IMG/VR virus record: IMGVR_UViG_3300028920_000040
Coordinates: 59,836-123,835 of that record
Reading direction: 5' to 3' (one strand)
Length of the DNA: 64,000 bases
Source: a virus
The first letter of the stretch is position 1, and each line of letters starts with the position of its first letter. Under the pieces are notes generated by a model that saw only the letters and a list, made by a program, of their open reading frames with translations, searched no databases and was not told the DNA's origin. This document shows positions 60,804 through 64,000 of the stretch, in pieces. Position numbers and translations under genes: made by a program.

Positions 60804-63725
60804 ATGAACATAAAAGAATTCATAACTAATAATCTTGTCGAAAACGATTGGATACTTAATGGTAAAGAAGAATGCTCAAATGCTTTTAATAATTGGGATA
60901 GATATCACATTGGTCCTCAACCCAGATATGAATTAAACTATAAGGTCAGAACAGAAACAGTAACTGGTATTCATCTTAATGTAAATAAAATATCTTTTTT
61001 AAATGAAATGAATCATCAGATTAAAGACACACTAAAATATCATTATGCACGACAACTCGGATAAATTTGTAGACTTCCTGCTTTGGGGCGGGTTCGGTAA
61101 AAAGAGCTGGATCATGAGACTCTTTAAGACGACCCGTATATTTGATTACATCGGTCGAGCAGTAATATCCTTAACACTGGGAGCAATCTATATTTTATTG
61201 TTTCCTTTGACTCTAGCACTAACAATGATGATAGCTTCAAGATTTGATAAGGACTTAACTAACGGAGAAGGATCAGACCTTCCCGAAGAAGACGATGGTG
61301 AGATATTATAATGCAAAAGATTAGAGATAATATTTTCTACTTCATGAAAAAATCAAATGACTATGATAAAGCGAGAAAACAGATAATAGATATTTTAAGT
61401 AATTCTATTCATGAACATATAAACCAAGATTTATCAGTAGATATATTTTCCGAATTTTTAATAAAGGTAATAACCAAATCAAATATAAAAAACCACGAAA
61501 TGTCAAAAGAGATTGATAACTATAATGAAACCAATTAGAGATAATATATGGGGATGGGGAAACACAAAGGTTCAACGGATGCAACCTAACATTGTTGATC
61601 CTGAAAGAAAAAATATTACCGACGGACAACCAGGTAAAGTTAATTACTATACTTTCGTACTTCATCCCAGGTGGCGGATGCCAATAATTCAACCATGCAA
61701 AAATGAATTATTCATATACGACTATAGTTCTTTCCTACAATACGGGATACTAGGAATGTTTTTCAATAAGATAAGGCACTTTCTAATTCGGATCGCGAGT
61801 GTTCTTACTTTAAAATATTAGGCTTTACGCCCCTAGGCTTTTTTATGAAAACAATTAAAACAAAATTATCATCTAACGGAAGTGCTCCCTGTCCGATACA
61901 ATCGTTACCAGAACAAATATCCAATAACTTATATAGTAAAATAAGAAGATCATTTTATGTTCAGACCCTTCATCTTTCCAGACTTCGTGATGAATACCTG
62001 ATAACGGAAATAAGGAAATACTTCTATAATGAAAAACATTAGTATATTACTTAACGAAATATTATTTTTAAATCTCCGTGATATCTTCTATGATAGAAAT
62101 GGATGGAAGAATATTAATGGCCAAGTCAATCAATCCTTATCCGATAAGATATGGTGGTTAATAATAAACGAGTTAAACAAACCTAAAAATAATTCGTGGT
62201 TCAGGTGGCCATCAGCAATTACATCAGGATTCAAATCTCAAGAGATGCTTAAGGAGATTAAAAGGAATATTTAAATGAAGACACCTAAACCGGAAATAGC
62301 TTATGTACTTAATACACATGTATTCTGGAAAAGTGAGAACATATTTTTTCAACGTGGCTGGTGGACTACAGTCAATCAACAAGTCGAACAAACCTTATTC
62401 AATAAGATATGGGAAATGGCCATAAACAGATTAAGAGAACATACTAACAATCGGTTAATGCCTTATCGAAGAATATATATCGAACATATAATAATACAGG
62501 AAATAACAAGATACAAATCTGAACATTATGAAAAACATATCACGCATACTTCATAATAGAAGATGGGAACCAATCCATAGAGAGAGAATAAAAATATATG
62601 TCGTGCTTAAGGTAAAGGTATTCGTTGAAAGAAAAACAGGTCCTGTTCCATCAGTCTTATTTTATAATCTAAGAGAATATAATTCATGCAAAACATTAAA
62701 AGCCAAATAATAAACAAATCAATTAAGATCAAAACAGCAAAGTATAGTTTAAAAGACTTTACGGAATGGTGCAGAAACTGGAATAGAATATTATGGTTCA
62801 ATGGAAGTGAAGTAGGAGCATCAGTAAAGGAATATATTATAAGACAGGCACTTGAAAATGAAACCCATTAATATAGAATCCTTCTTACCCGACACCGAAA
62901 AAGAATCCTGTATGGTCTGTGGAAAACCAACAGCAAAGAAAAGCATATTATGTTACCCATGCAGAACCTATGCCAGAATGAAACACGGAATAAGGAAATA
63001 TTCTCCTAATGCAAAACTTCCACCCGTACCATGCAGATTACAAATAGATAAGTTAATGAAAACCATAGAAGTACTGCAATCCTTAAAGGAAGAAATATAC
63101 AGAACAGGAACATACTCAGACATATTAAGGTTTAAAGAATTAAATGGAATCCATAAGAAATAAAATAAACACGTATAGTATAAAATATTCTTCTGATATA
63201 ACATCCCCAGAATTAAACAGATATCTAGGTGATTACTTATCACTAATAGTTCATCGTAAAATATTTCACATTAAAAATTCAATACGAATGATATTTCGTG
63301 AAATCCTTTTCAGAAACTAAAGGAGAACTCTATGACAGAAAAAGAATTCCTAGAATACACTTCCGACCCAAACAACGCCAATAGAATACATGGATCAATC
63401 GACATAGCCGAATGGAACCTTGGGTTCGATAAGGTATTAGAAGAATGTAAAAGATGCAATCCCAAAGACGGTGAAGCTATTCAGTACATACTGGATAATA
63501 AGATTAATTCAAACTTCCTGATGTACAGGCACTTGAATGAAATCCATTAAAACAAACATACTTACAAATAGTAAAAATGCTCAAATAGATTTATACTATA
63601 GTCCGAAAGCTTATAATTCTAATTTCTATGTTCAATATGGATTATGGCATATGGAGCTGGTAGTAGATTTACTTACAGATCATTTTAAGGATAAAATATA
63701 TAATCAACTATATTATTACAAATAG
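60804..63725 (+). CDS. chain of ~12 short coupled hypothetical ORFs, some paralogous
   Basis: similar M-(K/Q)-x-I-(K/S/R) starts; 62029 and 62275 align. Confidence 0.5.
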
Positions 63726-64000
63726 ATTCATGGGCATGATACAAAGATTCAGTCAGTACTAGAAGATTATAATGAAAAACATCAGGTATATAATAATACA
63801 GAAATATTGTCAGACAGGATATGAGGCTATGCTAACAATGCCTTCTCTCCTTCATGAAACATGGATGCAATATAGCAATACATTCTACTTAAAATATCCA
63901 AGGGGTATATCTCTACTCCTTAAAAGAAACGTAAGAAATTACTTAAATAAAAAGAAGTTTAAACTATTGAATTTACTGAACCTTAACTTTTGGAAAACTG

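Noticed and set aside
2413-63243. Minus-strand and nested alternative-frame ORFs in the track (e.g. 27038-27586, 37791-38345, 40724-41362, 54889-55098)
   Set aside because: They overlap well-supported + strand genes, lack RBS or motifs and look like antisense shadows.
1-64000. Stop-codon reassignment as in some jumbo phages
   Set aside because: Known enzymes are full-length under the standard code, and TAA, TAG and TGA all end genes.

Overview
AT-rich segment of a large lytic tailed phage (T4-superfamily/jumbo-like). Nearly all credible genes are on the + strand, and the standard genetic code fits. Layout: (1) 103-1183, two genes with a capsid-targeting-like N-terminal leader. (2) 1453-12429, a glycan-synthesis island: about six glycosyltransferases including GT10-, GT15- and GT47-like, three sulfotransferase-like genes, FkbM, ColC/Fcl, ColD and Gmm. 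(3) A late-promoter unit with a 55-aa mini-gene and a 1532-aa repetitive fibre/adhesin-like protein. (4) A tmRNA with no encoded CCA. (5) An ~18-kb array (18099-36215) of about 30 consecutive ORFs, nearly all starting with a shared M-x-F-(K/R)-(D/E/K)-(Y/H/F)-(Y/F/L)...E leader like the T4 internal-protein capsid-targeting sequence. Cargos include six tandem paralogues of an uncharacterised family, a P-loop kinase polyprotein, a Gp88-like protein and a CCA-adding enzyme. (6) From ~36.9 kb, an early region with sigma70-type promoters: ArdC-like, nucleotidyltransferase, NadE, Thg1, patatin, PRTase, IMPDH/GMPR, MazG-like, UV-glycosylase-like, Pth2, a leader-less seventh paralogue, a candidate ~180-nt structured RNA and many small ORFs. 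The best candidate for an undescribed system is the leader-tagged cargo array with its paralogue family. All family calls come from motif recognition by eye; no searches were run.
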